DNA of 64,000 bases, from contig JANYDU010000001.1 in NCBI GenBank assembly GCA_025359805.1, forward strand, positions 15,421 through 79,420, read 5' to 3'. Every line of letters begins with the position of its first letter. Position 1 is the stretch's first letter. Below are positions 48,553 to 57,530 of the stretch, in pieces. The translations under genes were made by a program, and so were the position numbers. The DNA is from Bacteroidota bacterium (lineage in GTDB: Bacteria; Bacteroidota; Bacteroidia; UKL13-3). The notes under the pieces are model-generated. The model made no database searches, was not told where the DNA came from, and worked only from the letters and a program-made list of their open reading frames with translations.

Positions 48553-49801
48553 AAATAAAATTGCAATTATTGGTTTGGGGTATGTAGGTTTACCACTTGC
48601 CGTTGAGTTTGGAAAAAAAGTTCATACTATTGGTTTTGATATTAATCAATTGCGTATTGATGAACTTAAAAATGGTTACGATAGAACTTTAGAAGTTGAC
48701 TCTGAAAACTTATCATCATCAACACGGTTGAGTTTTACTTGTAAACTTGATGAAATAAAAGAAGCAAATATTTTTATTGTTACGGTTCCAACTCCAATTG
48801 ATAAAAATAACAGACCTGATTTAACTCCACTCTTAAAAGCTAGCGAAACGGTTGGTAAGGTTCTTAAAAAGGGAGACATAGTAATTTATGAATCTACTGT
48901 TTATCCTGGTTGTACTGAAGATGATTGTGTCCCTATATTAGAAAAGTTTAGCGGGTTAAAATTTAATACCGACTTTTATTGTGGATATTCTCCAGAAAGA
49001 ATTAATCCTGGAGATAAAGTTCATACGGTTACAAAAATTTTAAAAATCACTTCTGGATCGACTCCTGAAGTTGCAGAAAAAGTTAACCAATTATATTCAT
49101 CAATTATTACAGCAGGAACTTATAAAGCAGCATCAATAAAAGTTGCCGAAGCTGCCAAGGTTATAGAAAATTGTCAACGAGATATCAATATTGCTTTTGT
49201 AAATGAGCTTGCATTAATATTTGATAAAATGAATATTGATACACTTGAAGTATTACAAGCTGCTGGTACAAAATGGAACTTCCTTCATTTTCGTCCAGGA
49301 TTAGTTGGCGGACATTGTATTGGTGTTGATCCATATTACTTAACACACAAAGCAGAAGAAATTGGTTATCACTCACAAGTGATATTAGCAGGAAGAAAAA
49401 TAAATGACAATATGGGGGCATTTATTGCCAATAAAATTGTTAAACTGTTAATTAAAAAAGGCGCTAAAGTAAATAATGCAAATGCACTTGTTTTAGGAAT
49501 TACATTTAAAGAAAACTGTCCTGATATCCGAAACTCAAAAGTGATTGATATTATTGATGAACTCAAGGAATTTGGAATAAACGTTCATGTATTTGATCCA
49601 ATGGCTGATAAACATGAAGTGAAAAAAGAGTATGGAATTGATATGATTGATAGACCTGAGGGGAAATACGAGGCTATTATTCTTGCTGTATCACACAAAG
49701 AGTTTGAACAACTAAATTTAAAAGAGTTCTCAAATTCAACATCAGTTGTGTATGATGTAAAATCAATTTTAGATAAATCATTAATTGATGCACGATTATA
49801 A
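48545..49801 (+). CDS. UDP-N-acetylhexosamine 6-dehydrogenase (WbpO/TviB family)
   Basis: GLGYVGLPLA, ESTVYPG, YSPERINPGD, KVIEN.QRD.NIA, GLVGGHCIGVDP. Confidence 0.92.
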   Translation: MSENKIAIIGLGYVGLPLAVEFGKKVHTIGFDINQLRIDELKNGYDRTLEVDSENLSSSTRLSFTCKLDEIKEANIFIVTVPTPIDKNNRPDLTPLLKASETVGKVLKKGDIVIYESTVYPGCTEDDCVPILEKFSGLKFNTDFYCGYSPERINPGDKVHTVTKILKITSGSTPEVAEKVNQLYSSIITAGTYKAASIKVAEAAKVIENCQRDINIAFVNELALIFDKMNIDTLEVLQAAGTKWNFLHFRPGLVGGHCIGVDPYYLTHKAEEIGYHSQVILAGRKINDNMGAFIANKIVKLLIKKGAKVNNANALVLGITFKENCPDIRNSKVIDIIDELKEFGINVHVFDPMADKHEVKKEYGIDMIDRPEGKYEAIILAVSHKEFEQLNLKEFSNSTSVVYDVKSILDKSLIDARL

Positions 49802-49804
49802 ACC

Positions 49805-50767
49805 ATGAAAATATTAATAACCGGAGGTGCAGGATTTATAGGGTCAAATTTAGTGGAAGCATTACTCCAGCTGCCCAATGTTTCTTTAGTTCGGGTACTT
49901 GATAATTTAGCAACAGGTAGTGAAAAAAATATTTTCGAATTTTATACCAACCCAAAATTTGAATTTATAAATGGAGATATTCGTGATTTTGATACGTGCT
50001 TAAAAGCTATGCAAAATATTGATAGAGTTTGTCATCAAGCAGCGCTTGGCTCAGTTCCTCGTTCAATTAAAGATCCAATTACTTCAAACAATGTAAACAT
50101 AACGGGTACATTAAATATTTTTACTGCAGCAAAGGAGTCTGGAATTACAAAAATTGTTTATGCGGCTTCATCATCAACTTATGGTGATAGTGAATCATTA
50201 CCAAAAGTGGAAGACAAAATTGGCAAGCCTCTTTCACCTTATGCAGTCACAAAATATGTAAATGAATTATATGCTGATGTATTTAAGCGTCTTTACAATA
50301 TAGATATCATTGGATTAAGATATTTTAATGTTTTTGGTCCTAAGCAAAACCCAAATGGTGCTTATGCGGCAGTTATTCCATTATTTGTGGATGCTGTTTT
50401 AAATAATAAAAATCCTTTTATAAATGGCGATGGTTCACAAAGCCGAGATTTTACCTATGTAGAAAATGCCGTTCAAGCTAATATTAAAGCGCTTTTTTGT
50501 GAAGATGAGGACGGTTGGAACCAAGTTTACAATGTGGCATTTGGCGAGCGTATAACCATACTCGATTTATTTACTACACTCAAACAATTATCAGGCTCTA
50601 ATGCTAATCCAATATTTAGAGATAAAAGAATAGGTGATATTCCTCATAGTTTGGCTGATATTTCAAAAGCAAAATCCAAGCTAAAATATGAACCTGAATT
50701 TAATGTTAAAATAGGTTTGGAAAAGGCCCTTAATTGGTATAAGAACAACCCAAATTATTTTTTGTAA
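49805..50767 (+). CDS. UDP-GlcNAc(A) 4-epimerase (WbpP/TviC family SDR)
   Basis: GGAGFIGS, HQAALGSVPRS, ASSSTYGD, SPYAVTKYVNE, RYFNVFG, YAAVIP. Confidence 0.9.
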   Translation: MKILITGGAGFIGSNLVEALLQLPNVSLVRVLDNLATGSEKNIFEFYTNPKFEFINGDIRDFDTCLKAMQNIDRVCHQAALGSVPRSIKDPITSNNVNITGTLNIFTAAKESGITKIVYAASSSTYGDSESLPKVEDKIGKPLSPYAVTKYVNELYADVFKRLYNIDIIGLRYFNVFGPKQNPNGAYAAVIPLFVDAVLNNKNPFINGDGSQSRDFTYVENAVQANIKALFCEDEDGWNQVYNVAFGERITILDLFTTLKQLSGSNANPIFRDKRIGDIPHSLADISKAKSKLKYEPEFNVKIGLEKALNWYKNNPNYFL

Positions 50768-50786
50768 ATCTTAATTTATAAAAAAA

Positions 50787-51299
50787 TTGTTATCCCACTC
50801 CACTCAAAAATGGTATGCACTTTATACCAATCCTAGATCTGAAAAAAAAGTTTTTCACGAGTTGAATATACGTGGGTTTGAAACTTTTTTACCTCTGCAA
50901 AAAACATTAAAACAGTGGAGTGATAGAAAAAAGAAAGTTGAAATTCCATTATTCAATTCTTATATTTTTGTTAAAACTGAATTGGAGAAAAATTATTATG
51001 CTATTCTTGAAATTCCGGGTATCGTAAAATTCGTTAAGTTCGGAAAAGAAATAAATTCAATTAGGGATGAACAGATTGATGCTATAAAATTACTGTTATC
51101 TAATTTTGATGATATTGAGTTGAGTGATGAAATTATTCAGGTATATCAAAAAGTAGAAATCATTGCAGGGCCTTTAACTGGATTTAAAGGGATAACAATT
51201 GAAAACCAAGGCAATAAAAACTTTGCCGTTGAATTGGAACAAATTGGATGCACGCTTCGTGTAAATATTCCTAAGCATTTTATCAAAAAAGTTATTTAA
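50787..51299 (+). CDS. upxY: UpxY-family transcription antiterminator (NusG paralog)
   Basis: WYALYTNPRSEKKV, FLPLQ...QWSDRKKKVEIPLFNSYIFV, KOW VEIIAGPLTG. Confidence 0.92.
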   Translation: MLSHSTQKWYALYTNPRSEKKVFHELNIRGFETFLPLQKTLKQWSDRKKKVEIPLFNSYIFVKTELEKNYYAILEIPGIVKFVKFGKEINSIRDEQIDAIKLLLSNFDDIELSDEIIQVYQKVEIIAGPLTGFKGITIENQGNKNFAVELEQIGCTLRVNIPKHFIKKVI

Positions 51300-51330
51300 T
51301 AATTTGCATTATTAAGGGGGAAACTTTACT

Positions 51331-51353
51331 ATTGAGTAGTTTTTCTACTCAAT
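51331..51353. promoter_or_regulatory. Perfect 9-5-9 palindrome, candidate operator of the downstream wHTH regulator
   Basis: ATTGAGTAG-ttttt-CTACTCAAT, about 60 nt before the ATG at 51415. Confidence 0.55.
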
Positions 51354-51381
51354 CTGTGATTCATTACCTGTGACTCACCAA

Positions 51382-51392
51382 GCGAAGCTGTG
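51382..51392 (+). promoter_or_regulatory. ops-like pause element GCGAAGCTGTG
   Basis: GCGAAGC mini-hairpin; G at 51382 and T/G at 51391/51392 fit the G-10 Y-1 G+1 pause consensus. Confidence 0.4.
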
Positions 51393-51414
51393 AAAACAGG
51401 CGCAAAAATAAAAA

Positions 51415-51945
51415 ATGTTAGATACCTTAATTACTTCTAAGACACGTATAAAATTATTGCTAAAATTCTTCTTGAACGATAATACATCATCGTATCTCAG
51501 GAATTTAGAAAATGAGTTTGGTGAAAGTTCGAATGCTATACGACTAGAGTTAAATAAATTTGAAGAAGCAGGATTATTAAAAACTTCTGTAAGCGGAAAT
51601 AAAAAACTTTTTAAAGCCAACAACACACATCCTTTATTTAAGGATATTCAAAATATTTTAATGAAATATACCGGACTCGATCAAGTGATTGAAGAGGTTA
51701 TACAAAAACTTGGAGATGTTGAGAGAGTTTATCTTGTGGGTGATTTGGCAAAAGGAATTAATAGCTCTGTAGTTGATTTAATTTTTATTGGTAGTTTAAA
51801 TAAAAATTATTTAACAAATTTGATTGGTAAATCGGAAAAAATTATTTCAAAAAAAATCAAATACATTATTTATACAGAAGAAGAATTTTCTATTTATAAA
51901 AAACAATTGAAGGATGAGATTTTCATCTTGTGGATAAAAGAATAA
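51415..51945 (+). CDS. Winged-helix (ArsR-like) regulator fused to a degenerate nucleotidyltransferase-fold domain
   Basis: LITSKTRIKLL..F..SYLRNL..EFGESSNAIRLELNKFEEAGLL; C-domain VYLVGDLAKG..VVDLIFIG. Confidence 0.75.
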   Translation: MLDTLITSKTRIKLLLKFFLNDNTSSYLRNLENEFGESSNAIRLELNKFEEAGLLKTSVSGNKKLFKANNTHPLFKDIQNILMKYTGLDQVIEEVIQKLGDVERVYLVGDLAKGINSSVVDLIFIGSLNKNYLTNLIGKSEKIISKKIKYIIYTEEEFSIYKKQLKDEIFILWIKE

Positions 51946-51956
51946 ATGAATAATAT

Positions 51957-53822
51957 ATGGCTAAAGTATTAGGAATATCAGCATTTTATCATGACTCAGC
52001 GGCAGCAATAGTTGAAAATGGAAAAATTATTGCCGCTGCTCAAGAAGAACGATTTACCAGAAAAAAACATGATCCAAATTTTCCAATCAACGCTGTGAAA
52101 TTTTGCTTAGAATATGCAGGGACAAATGTAAATGAACTTGATACAATAGTATTCTATGATAAACCATTGCTTAAGTTTGAAAGACTACTTGAAACCTATT
52201 ATGCATTTGCTCCCAAAGGCTTACGTTCTTTTATTACTTCTATGCCAGTATGGCTTAAAGAAAAAGTCTTTCTTAAGAAGTTAATACACGATTCTATGAA
52301 AGAAATTGAAGGGTACGATAAGAGTAAAGTTAAGCTTCTTTTCCCTGAACATCATTTATCTCATGCGGCTAGTGCATTTTATCCTTCTTCATTTGAAGAA
52401 TCAGCGATTATAACAATTGATGGTGTTGGCGAATGGGCTACCGCATCAATCTGTCATGGAAAAGGAAATAGTATCACAATATTAAAGGAATTAAAATTCC
52501 CACATTCTTTGGGATTATTATATTCTGCATTCACTTATTTTTTAGGATTTAGAGTTAATTCAGGAGAATATAAATTGATGGGGCTTGCTCCATACGGAAA
52601 TGTAGGGTCAGAAGAAGTAAAAAATTATGTAAAGATTATCAAAAATGAATTAATTGAAATTAACGAGGATGGTTCGGTTTGGATTAATCAAAGCTATTTT
52701 AATTATGCTACTGGTTTGAGGATGGTTAATGATTCTAAGTGGGAAACTCTTTTTGGTTTTAAAAGAAGAAATGCTGAAGACGAACTTGAACAAAAACATT
52801 GTAACTTGGGACTTGCAATACAAGAGGTAACGGAAGAGATAGTATTACTCATGGCACAAGAAGCAAAACGATTAACAGGAAGTGATTACTTATGTATGGC
52901 AGGTGGTGTGGCACTAAATTGTGTTTCAAATGGAAAGCTATTGAATTCAGGAGTTTTTAAAGATATATTTATTACTCCACCCTCTGGAGATGCTGGAGGG
53001 GCATTAGGTGCTGCTTTGGCAGGTGATTATATTTATTTCAATACCCCAAGGATATTATCAGGAAACAGAGATGAATTACAAGGTTCCTATTTAGGTAATG
53101 AAGTAACAGAAGATGATATTAACAGAACCGTCAAAAAATATAAAGCTGTTGCAACCAAATATGATGATGTAAATCAATTATCTAAAGCTACTGCTAAAAT
53201 ATTGAGTGAAGGAAATGTAGTAGGTTGGGTTCAAGGAAGAATGGAATTTGGACCGCGTGCATTGGGAGCAAGAAGTATTTTGGGTGACCCACGAAATGAA
53301 GAAATGCAGAAAAAACTCAATCTTAAAATTAAGTATAGAGAATCATTCAGACCTTTTGCTCCATCGGTATTAGCAGATGACAGTGAGGAATATTTTGATC
53401 ATAAAGGTATTTCTCCTTATATGTTATTGGTTCAACCTGTAAAGAAGGAACGGAGAAAAATACTCCCTGATGGTTATGAAGGGTTTAACTTGAAAGAAAA
53501 ATTATACTATTTGCGTTCGGATTTACCTGCAATCACTCATATTGATTTCTCTGCCAGAATTCAAACGGTTCATAAAGATACTAATCCGAACTACTATGAT
53601 CTCATTTCTGAGTTTAAAAAAATAACGGGTGTTGGAGTGGTAGTAAATACTTCTTTTAATGTAAGGGGTGAACCAATTGTTTGTACATCTGATGATGCTT
53701 ATCGTTGTTTTATGCGTACGGAGATGGATTATTTGGTTGTTGGCAATTATTTGTTTGATAAAAAACAACAGCCTGAATGGCAAAAAACAGATAATTGGCA
53801 GGAAGAATTTGTATTGGATTAA
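51957..53822 (+). CDS. NodU/CmcH-family O-carbamoyltransferase (SxtI-like)
   Basis: LGISAFYHDSAAA, EERF.R.KH, EHHLSHAASAF, DGVGE, GEYKLMGLAPYG, AGGVALN, GRMEFGPRALG.RSI, RE.FRPFAP, NTSFN. Confidence 0.95.
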   Translation: MAKVLGISAFYHDSAAAIVENGKIIAAAQEERFTRKKHDPNFPINAVKFCLEYAGTNVNELDTIVFYDKPLLKFERLLETYYAFAPKGLRSFITSMPVWLKEKVFLKKLIHDSMKEIEGYDKSKVKLLFPEHHLSHAASAFYPSSFEESAIITIDGVGEWATASICHGKGNSITILKELKFPHSLGLLYSAFTYFLGFRVNSGEYKLMGLAPYGNVGSEEVKNYVKIIKNELIEINEDGSVWINQSYFNYATGLRMVNDSKWETLFGFKRRNAEDELEQKHCNLGLAIQEVTEEIVLLMAQEAKRLTGSDYLCMAGGVALNCVSNGKLLNSGVFKDIFITPPSGDAGGALGAALAGDYIYFNTPRILSGNRDELQGSYLGNEVTEDDINRTVKKYKAVATKYDDVNQLSKATAKILSEGNVVGWVQGRMEFGPRALGARSILGDPRNEEMQKKLNLKIKYRESFRPFAPSVLADDSEEYFDHKGISPYMLLVQPVKKERRKILPDGYEGFNLKEKLYYLRSDLPAITHIDFSARIQTVHKDTNPNYYDLISEFKKITGVGVVVNTSFNVRGEPIVCTSDDAYRCFMRTEMDYLVVGNYLFDKKQQPEWQKTDNWQEEFVLD

Positions 53823-53851
53823 GAATTAAAAAATAGCAGAAAAAATTTAAC

Positions 53852-55285
53852 ATGCTTTTTAACGATTTTAGATTTTTCATCTTTTTTGCAATAGTATATG
53901 GGCTATTTCTTGCCACTCCTAAAAAGGGCAAGAACATCATTTTGCTATTGTCAAGTTATGTGTTTTATTCTTTTTGGGATTGGAGGTTTCTTTTATTACT
54001 GATGCTTTCTACATTGATTGATTATTTTTTCGGTATAATAATATATCAAGCAGGAACTACTGAAAAGAAAAAGCGTTACATGTGGTTTGGGATTTTTAAT
54101 AATTTATTGGTATTAGGAGTCTTTAAATATTACAATTTCTTCATTGATTCATTTGCAGGAGTTCTAATTCAAATGGGATTTGAGCCCCATTTTCCAATTC
54201 TTAATATTATCCTTCCTGTTGGAATTTCATTTTATACATTTCATGGAATGTCTTATGTAATAGATATATACAGAAATCAGTGCGTGCCCACAAAAAACTT
54301 TGTTAATTATTCTCTTTTCGTTTCTTATTTCCCTCTATTAGTAGCAGGCCCAATTGAACGCGCAACTCATTTATTGCCACAAATTGAAAATAAAGATAGA
54401 AAAGTTACACGCCAAAATATTATTGATGGATTAACTTTAATCTTAATTGGGTATGTAAAAAAAGTGTTAATTTCAGATAATATTGGTTCCAAAGCGGATT
54501 TTATTTTTGGAAACATTTCAACTTCAGGATCCTTTGAATTACTTACAGGACTTATTATATTTTCTTTCCAAATTTACTTTGATTTTTCTGGATATAGTGA
54601 TATTGGAAGAGGAGTATCGAAGTTGTTCGGAATTGATTTATTGATTAATTTTAATCAGCCTTACCTTTCACAGAATATTTCTGAGTTTTGGAAAAGATGG
54701 CATATCTCTTTATCATCTTGGTTAAGAGATTATCTTTATATCTCTTTGGGAGGAAACAGAAAAGGGAAAAACAAAACATATATAAATTTATTTATTACAA
54801 TGTTATTGGGAGGATTATGGCATGGTGCAAGTTGGAATTTTGTGATATGGGGAGGGTTACATGGAGGGTATTTAGCCATTCATAAAATGTTTGGGGGTAA
54901 TAATAAAACAAATGAAATTCGTATTAATTCATTAACTAATGGGATAAAGGTATTCTTAAATATATTATTAACATATATACTAGTGTTGATTACTTGGCTC
55001 CCATTTAGATCAAAATCATTTTCTGATACGACAAGTTTTGTACGAACATTTTTTCAGTTTAATGGAGGTATTAAATTAGAAGATGTTCTGTATATAGGTT
55101 TTCTGTTTTTTGTGTTTCTTATACTTGATCTTCCTGCATATAAGGCTAATAGCCATACGACATTTATTTACAAGTTACCAAATTGGCTTATAGCTTTGTT
55201 ATTTGTAATTATTAGTATAGCAATTGTGGTTAGTATGGCTATGAATCAAAATAATATCAGACCATTTATATATTTTCAATTTTAA
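53852..55285 (+). CDS. MBOAT O-acyltransferase (AlgI/PatA/DltB family) with terminal FIYFQF motif
   Basis: LPVGISFYTF, FPLLVAGPIER, YFDFSGYSD, NF.QPY, FWKRWHISLSSWLRDYLYI, GLWHGASWNF; ends RPFIYFQF-stop. Confidence 0.95.
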   Translation: MLFNDFRFFIFFAIVYGLFLATPKKGKNIILLLSSYVFYSFWDWRFLLLLMLSTLIDYFFGIIIYQAGTTEKKKRYMWFGIFNNLLVLGVFKYYNFFIDSFAGVLIQMGFEPHFPILNIILPVGISFYTFHGMSYVIDIYRNQCVPTKNFVNYSLFVSYFPLLVAGPIERATHLLPQIENKDRKVTRQNIIDGLTLILIGYVKKVLISDNIGSKADFIFGNISTSGSFELLTGLIIFSFQIYFDFSGYSDIGRGVSKLFGIDLLINFNQPYLSQNISEFWKRWHISLSSWLRDYLYISLGGNRKGKNKTYINLFITMLLGGLWHGASWNFVIWGGLHGGYLAIHKMFGGNNKTNEIRINSLTNGIKVFLNILLTYILVLITWLPFRSKSFSDTTSFVRTFFQFNGGIKLEDVLYIGFLFFVFLILDLPAYKANSHTTFIYKLPNWLIALLFVIISIAIVVSMAMNQNNIRPFIYFQF

Positions 55286-55297
55286 ATATAATTTTAA

Positions 55298-56284
55298 ATG
55301 AAGCTAAAAGAGATTTTAATTAACAGTATTTTTTTTATTGTATCCTTCATAATTGTGTTTGCAATAGCTGAGGTTGGTTTCCGATTTTATACGGATAGAA
55401 AAATGATTTATGATATTGAAATGCACAAGTATGCAAAAAAATTAAAGCAAAGAAGTTCTGTTCCTGGATTGAGTCATGAACACATTCCAAATGCTGAAGC
55501 GAGCTTAATGGGTGTTGACGTTAAGATAAATAGTATAGGATTTAGGGATGATGAATTAAGTAGTCCAAAGAGCTCAAATGAAAAAAGAGTTTTGATTATT
55601 GGGCAATCTATCACTTTTGGCTGGGGAGTTCCAAAAGATTCAATCTTTTTAGAGCAAGTTGAACATAGGTTGAATATGGAGAATGATAGTATTAAATATA
55701 GTTTTATCAATTCTGGTATTGGAAATTATAATACTGAACTAGAAAGTATTCTATTGAAAAAAAATCTACCTATTGTAAACCCTGATATGGTAGTATTACA
55801 TTGCTTTCTTAGAGATGCAGAAGTGATTCCTTCAAAAAGTCAAAATTTTCTGATAGCGAATTCCTACTTAATTGCGTATATGTATATTAAAATAAAGCAA
55901 GCATTTTTTTTTAAAAATCAAGCATATAAAAATATAGGAGAATATTATTTGAATATGTACCAACCGACTTCAGAAGGTTGGAAAAAACAACAAGAAGCAT
56001 TGTTAAATATAAGAAAGCAATGTGAAGAAAGGAACGTTCCTTTACAATTAATTATTCAACCTGATTTGAATGATTTAAGTATAAATTCGCCTCAAGAAAA
56101 ATGTTATCAAATCATTCGAAGTTTTTTAAATGAAAATCATTTTTCATTTATAGACATGAGCGGTGTGTATAGAGAAAAGGTAAAAGTGCCAAACTCGATT
56201 TGGGTAAGTCCTGAAGATTCTCACCCAAATTCAGAAGGACACAAAATAATTGCAGACGAATTAATCAAGGTCTTTAAATATTAA
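55298..56284 (+). CDS. Membrane-anchored SGNH-family acyltransferase/esterase
   Basis: N-terminal TM; IGQSITFG (block I); DSHPNSEGH (DxH). Confidence 0.8.
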   Translation: MKLKEILINSIFFIVSFIIVFAIAEVGFRFYTDRKMIYDIEMHKYAKKLKQRSSVPGLSHEHIPNAEASLMGVDVKINSIGFRDDELSSPKSSNEKRVLIIGQSITFGWGVPKDSIFLEQVEHRLNMENDSIKYSFINSGIGNYNTELESILLKKNLPIVNPDMVVLHCFLRDAEVIPSKSQNFLIANSYLIAYMYIKIKQAFFFKNQAYKNIGEYYLNMYQPTSEGWKKQQEALLNIRKQCEERNVPLQLIIQPDLNDLSINSPQEKCYQIIRSFLNENHFSFIDMSGVYREKVKVPNSIWVSPEDSHPNSEGHKIIADELIKVFKY

Positions 56285-56297
56285 TTACACACTTCTT

Positions 56298-57392
56298 TTG
56301 AAAACATTTAAAAATATTATTTCTGTTACTGTTCCAAGTCTATTGTTCACTTTTCTTTTATTAGAGTTAGTATTCAGATTTGTAATACCTGCCACCGATT
56401 CGCCAAAATATAAATTTAACAATGAGTATGGTTTTTTATGTTTTGATGAAGATCAAAATAGAGAAGGAACTTATAGTGTAGGCAGGTTTGCTGAAATTAG
56501 AACGAAGTGGAAACTAAATAACTATAATTGGAATTGTGCATATGATTTTTCCGAAAAAAAAGATTCTTCTATAAAAAGAATTGTGGTTATCGGTGCCTCT
56601 TATGTTGAAGGCTTACTTGTTAATCAAGATGAGAGTTTTACTTATTATTTAAATGAAAAATTAAAAGGTAAATATGAAGTGTATCCTATAGGAATATCAG
56701 GTGTGCCATTATCAGGATATCCAGATATGATTCGATATTCGATTGATAAATTTAAGCCGGATGTTATTGTCCTTTATAACTATTTTGCGAACTTAAACCA
56801 TTCATTCTATATTGATGGAGAATATAATCTATATAAGAAGATAAGATTGAATAATGATTCTGTTTTATTTGTTGATGCGAAAGAATATCACCCAAGTAGA
56901 TTTAGAAGATTTATTGCTAAATCGGCATTTATAAGATATTTGATAGGTAATCTTCAAATTGAAAAATTAAACTTATTTTTTAATACTAATGAAAATACTA
57001 AAGTTGAAAAACAGGAAAGTGTACCTGTAAATACTGGAGATAAAGATTTAATTTTAGGATGTAATTTTATACTTCAAAACATCAGAAATGAGTCAAAAGA
57101 TATTCCTGTCATTCTTATGCAAGATGTGGCGAGAAGCGAAATATATGATGGAAAGCCAGCAAATCTATTATCTGACTATGAAATGAGATCACTCGTTAAA
57201 TCATCATGTGAACAATATGGAATAAGATATATGGATTTATCAGATTGTTTTATTAATGATTATCAAAAAAATAAGAAAAAATTTGAATACCCTACCGATG
57301 CTCACTGGAATCCCTATGGAAACAAGGTGGTAAGTGACTACATATATAACTATTTATTAACCTGTAATTATTTAAACAATGGACTTCATTAA
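56298..57392 (+). CDS. Membrane-anchored SGNH-family protein (AlgJ/AlgX-like)
   Basis: N-terminal TM; IGASYVEG; DAHWNPYGN. Confidence 0.75.
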   Translation: MKTFKNIISVTVPSLLFTFLLLELVFRFVIPATDSPKYKFNNEYGFLCFDEDQNREGTYSVGRFAEIRTKWKLNNYNWNCAYDFSEKKDSSIKRIVVIGASYVEGLLVNQDESFTYYLNEKLKGKYEVYPIGISGVPLSGYPDMIRYSIDKFKPDVIVLYNYFANLNHSFYIDGEYNLYKKIRLNNDSVLFVDAKEYHPSRFRRFIAKSAFIRYLIGNLQIEKLNLFFNTNENTKVEKQESVPVNTGDKDLILGCNFILQNIRNESKDIPVILMQDVARSEIYDGKPANLLSDYEMRSLVKSSCEQYGIRYMDLSDCFINDYQKNKKKFEYPTDAHWNPYGNKVVSDYIYNYLLTCNYLNNGLH

Positions 57393-57528
57393 AGATCTTC
57401 TAAAATTTATCTCTCAAAGGAAAAAGTTTTTTCTTATTCCTGTCATTATCGTATTGCTTCTTCTTGGAATATTAATTGTTTTAGGGGGTGGATCAGCAAT
57501 TGCACCGTTTATCTATACATTATTTTAA
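57379..57528 (+). CDS. Unannotated 49-aa DUF5989/SxtK-like membrane peptide ending FIYTLF
   Basis: MDFIKDLLKFISQRKKFFLIPVIIVLLLLGILIVLGGGSAIAPFIYTLF-stop; overlaps the upstream stop and ends 2 nt before the next ATG. Confidence 0.88.
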   Translation: MDFIKDLLKFISQRKKFFLIPVIIVLLLLGILIVLGGGSAIAPFIYTLF

Positions 57529-57530
57529 TT

